From an uncultured Salinisphaerales bacterium (GTDB lineage Bacteria > Pseudomonadota > Gammaproteobacteria > Nevskiales > Nevskiaceae), in assembly GCA_964581385.1 (NCBI GenBank), contig CAZOOK010000002.1, positions 1 through 64,000 on the forward strand: 64,000 nucleotides of DNA. The letters are read 5' to 3'. The first letter of the stretch is position 1. Each line of letters begins with the position of its first letter. Positions 60,107-64,000 of this stretch are shown piece by piece. The translations under genes and the position numbers were made by a program. Under the pieces are notes generated by a model. That model saw only the letters and a list, made by a program, of their open reading frames with translations, did no database searches and was not told the origin of the DNA.

Positions 60107-61483
60107 TTACTTCTTTTTCGGTTTCTTCCAGTTCGGAATCGACTTGTGATCGCGCGACCGGCAGATGGTCAGCGCACCGGCCAGTGCGTCCTTGGCGATC
60201 GTGCTGCCGGCAGCGATGTAAGCACCATCGCCGATGGTGACGGGTGCGACGAGTTGCGAATCGGTGCCGATGAAGGCGTCGTCGCCGATCACGGTCTGAT
60301 GCTTGTTGGCGCCGTCGTAGTTGCAGGTGATGACGCCGGCGCCGATGTTGACGCGCGCGCCCACGGTCGCATCGCCGATATAAGCCAGATGATTGGCCTT
60401 GCTGCCGTTGCCGATGCTGCTCTTCTTGATCTCGACGAAATTGCCGATGTGGACGCCGTCTGCAAGCTTGGCACCGGGCCGCAGGCGCGCAAACGGTCCG
60501 ATGTTGTTGTCGCGGCCAGCCTCCGCCTGATCGAGCACGCAATACGCATCGACGCGTGTGCCCGCGCCGAGCTTTACATTGCGCAGCACGACGTAAGGGC
60601 CGATCGAGACGTTGTCGCCAAGCTCGACTTCCCCTTCGACGACGACGCCGACGTCGATGTGCACATCGCGTCCGAAGCGCAGCGTGCCGCGCAGATCGAA
60701 GCGCGCCGGGTCAGCGAGGAACAGGCCGTCGCGCGCCATATGTTCCGCGCGAATGCGTTGGAACGTGCGCTCCGCTCGCGCGAGTTGCAGCGGATCATTG
60801 ACGCCTTCGACTTCTCTGGGACTGGCAGCCGCAACAGTTGTAACGCGGACGGCGTCGCGCACGGCGAGGTTGACGATATCAGTGAGGTAATACTCACCTT
60901 TCGCGTTGTCGTTCCGTACCTGCGACAGCCAATGCCGAAGACGGGCGGCCGGTGCGGCAATCAGCCCTGTGTTGATTTCGTGGATTTGTTTCTGCTCGGC
61001 CGTTGCGTCGCTTTCCTCGACGATGTGCACGACACGACCGGCTTGGTCGCGGATGATGCGCCCATATCCGCGTGGATTGGGCAGATTCACCGTCACCAGC
61101 GCAAGACCATCATGGACGGCGTCGATCAGATGCCGCAGGGTTTCAGCGGAAACCAGCGGCACGTCGCCGTAGAGAATCATGGCGATCGCATCGTCGGGAA
61201 CGTCGGGCAGCGCTTGCTGCACAGCGTGGCCGGTGCCGAGTTGCTGGGCCTGGATGGCGATGCGCGGGACTTCGCTCAGCCACTTCGCCAGCGCTGCGCG
61301 CACCGGCTCGGCACTGTGTCCCAGCACGACATGGGATGTCGTCACGCCGGCGGCGGCGGCGGTCTCCAGCACGTGAACGAGCATCGGCTTGCCGCCGACC
61401 GGCTGCAGCACCTTCGGCAGCGCACTCTTCATGCGCGTTCCCTGGCCGGCGGCGAGGATGATGGCGTGGATGGGCTTGGTCAT
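60107..61483 (-). CDS. glmU: Bifunctional GlcNAc-1-P uridyltransferase / GlcN-1-P acetyltransferase
   Basis: 458 aa. N-terminal AIILAAGQGTRMKS. C-terminal left-handed beta-helix hexapeptide repeats. Confidence 0.95.
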   Translation of the reverse strand: MTKPIHAIILAAGQGTRMKSALPKVLQPVGGKPMLVHVLETAAAAGVTTSHVVLGHSAEPVRAALAKWLSEVPRIAIQAQQLGTGHAVQQALPDVPDDAIAMILYGDVPLVSAETLRHLIDAVHDGLALVTVNLPNPRGYGRIIRDQAGRVVHIVEESDATAEQKQIHEINTGLIAAPAARLRHWLSQVRNDNAKGEYYLTDIVNLAVRDAVRVTTVAAASPREVEGVNDPLQLARAERTFQRIRAEHMARDGLFLADPARFDLRGTLRFGRDVHIDVGVVVEGEVELGDNVSIGPYVVLRNVKLGAGTRVDAYCVLDQAEAGRDNNIGPFARLRPGAKLADGVHIGNFVEIKKSSIGNGSKANHLAYIGDATVGARVNIGAGVITCNYDGANKHQTVIGDDAFIGTDSQLVAPVTIGDGAYIAAGSTIAKDALAGALTICRSRDHKSIPNWKKPKKK

Positions 61484-61527
61484 GACCGATTCCCGGAACA
61501 GATCGCGTAAATAAAAATCCCGCCCAA

Positions 61528-61800
61528 GCTAGGGCGTGTCATCAATTACCCGATCGTTGCGACGGTCCTGGGAGGGGCCCATCGCAAGGAACGGGCGACG
61601 CGGTGTACTGAATGTACACGAGGAGCCCGTGACGCGGCGCTGGGCCCCTCCCAGGACCGTCCCTTCGGGTTGCGCCCAAAACGGCGCCATTCTGCGTTGC
61701 ACCTCGCTCATGTGCTTCAGCACACTTCGCTCGGCGCGCCTGGCCTGGTGCCGTTTTGGGCAGCAACGCAACGATCGGGTAATTGATGACACGCCCTAGC
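61528..61800. repeat. About 273-bp imperfect-palindromic interspersed repeat (MITE/ERIC-like), copy B
   Basis: Perfect 34-bp terminal inverted repeats GCTAGGGCGTGTCATCAATTACCCGATCGTTGCG / CGCAACGATCGGGTAATTGATGACACGCCCTAGC. Internal core is homologous to 6551-6815. The ORF track shows symmetric 87-aa ORFs on both strands, an artefact of the palindrome. Confidence 0.75.
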
Positions 61801-61843
61801 GGAGCCGGGCGGGATCGACAACCAAGCGATCCGGACCGAGAAC

Positions 61844-62263
61844 TTAATGTGTCGTCTTCTTGAGCTTCTGCAGGAAGCTGACAAGAGCTGCTGCCTGCGC
61901 GAGTTCGGCTTGAGCACGGGCCATGTCGATATCGCTCTTGGCCTGCGACATCGCTTCCTCGGCCTTGCGCTTGGCTTCAACCGCCGCGGCCTCGTCGACA
62001 TCCTTGGCCCGGATCGCAGTATCGGCAAGCACAGTGACGAGATTCGGCTGCACTTCGAGGATGCCGCCGCTGACGAAGAATTGCAGCTCGGAACCGTCGG
62101 CCTGCTTTACGCGGACTTCGCCGGGTTTCATGCGCGTGAGCAGCGGCGCATGACGCGGCGCGATGCCGACCTCGCCCATCTCCGCCGGCGCGAATACCAT
62201 CGCGGCCTCGCCATGATGGATATGGCCTTCGGCGCTGACGATGTCGACGTGTAGTTGTGCCAT
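61844..62263 (-). CDS. atpC: F0F1 ATP synthase epsilon subunit
   Basis: 139 aa from [20 protein letters not shown]. Canonical AtpC N-terminus. Confidence 0.9.
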   Translation of the reverse strand: MAQLHVDIVSAEGHIHHGEAAMVFAPAEMGEVGIAPRHAPLLTRMKPGEVRVKQADGSELQFFVSGGILEVQPNLVTVLADTAIRAKDVDEAAAVEAKRKAEEAMSQAKSDIDMARAQAELAQAAALVSFLQKLKKTTH

Positions 62264-62405
62264 TTTCAACTCCTCGCGAGGTCGGGTGCTTCGCACCCTG
62301 CAAGGTCGCGCCTCCGGCGCTGTGAGGAGTGAGGAGAGACGCGCATCTCCTCACAGCTCGCGTAGCGAGCAACCTCACTCCTTACAGCGAGCGCAGCGAG
62401 CGGCC

Positions 62406-64000
<1,595 letters not shown>

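Noticed and set aside
61529-61799. Symmetric 87-aa ORFs on both strands ending NDRVIDDTP
   Set aside because: They are mirror images produced by the palindromic repeat element. Not coding.

Overview
This is a 64 kb window of a high-GC proteobacterial chromosome. The gene order glnE-hldD and atpGDC-glmU-glmS looks gamma/beta-proteobacterial, possibly Xanthomonadales-like, but the taxonomy is only a guess. Coding density is high. I could call the following with support.

- **Left edge (minus strand):** a truncated tRNA-Tyr, then a phosphoesterase lipoprotein and a PPK2 gene.
- **About 2.7-6.3 kb:** a GNAT/DUF1778 toxin-antitoxin pair, an APH-like kinase and a histone-H1-like protein sit in a somewhat lower-GC stretch.
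- **About 6.8-11.6 kb:** an alpha/beta-hydrolase and M14-like peptidase operon, then a small lipoprotein followed by a 762-aa low-complexity secreted protein and a clean rho-independent terminator.
- **About 12-19.4 kb:** a dadA-like oxidoreductase, glnE and hldD (overlapping), and a membrane Ser/Thr kinase fused to a TonB-C-like domain with internal tandem repeats.
- **About 19.7-28.1 kb:** a small HTH gene with operator-like palindromes facing a flotillin-like SPFH gene. A second SPFH (HflK/prohibitin-like) gene is coupled to an SH3-like periplasmic protein and is divergent from an OmpR-type response regulator and sensor kinase pair.
- **About 28.2-36.6 kb:** several envelope and secreted proteins: MscS-family channel, DUF2127, CMD/AhpD-like, a lipoprotein, PagL-like and an esterase.
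- **About 36.8-52 kb:** a complete Pel exopolysaccharide locus pelABCDEFG on the minus strand (36.8-49.0 kb). It is preceded by a galE/pelX-like epimerase and, further upstream, a DUF3391 HD-GYP c-di-GMP phosphodiesterase.
- **About 52.3-58.1 kb:** a Tat-secreted GMC oxidoreductase, then a beta-propeller-like secreted protein flanked by 35-bp direct repeats. Next to it is a low-GC single-gene OLD-family (ABC ATPase + TOPRIM) nuclease sitting immediately downstream of glmS, the classic attTn7-type hotspot.
- **Right edge:** glmS, glmU, atpC, atpD and a partial atpG.

Two copies of a roughly 260-270 bp imperfect-palindromic MITE/ERIC-like repeat occur at 6.55-6.82 kb and 61.53-61.80 kb. I saw no CRISPR array, no rRNA and no transposase. 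The most unusual candidates are the glmS-flank OLD nuclease islet, the kinase-TonB_C fusion, the SPFH/SH3-like/TCS module and the lipoprotein plus large secreted protein operon. None can be shown to be novel from sequence alone.
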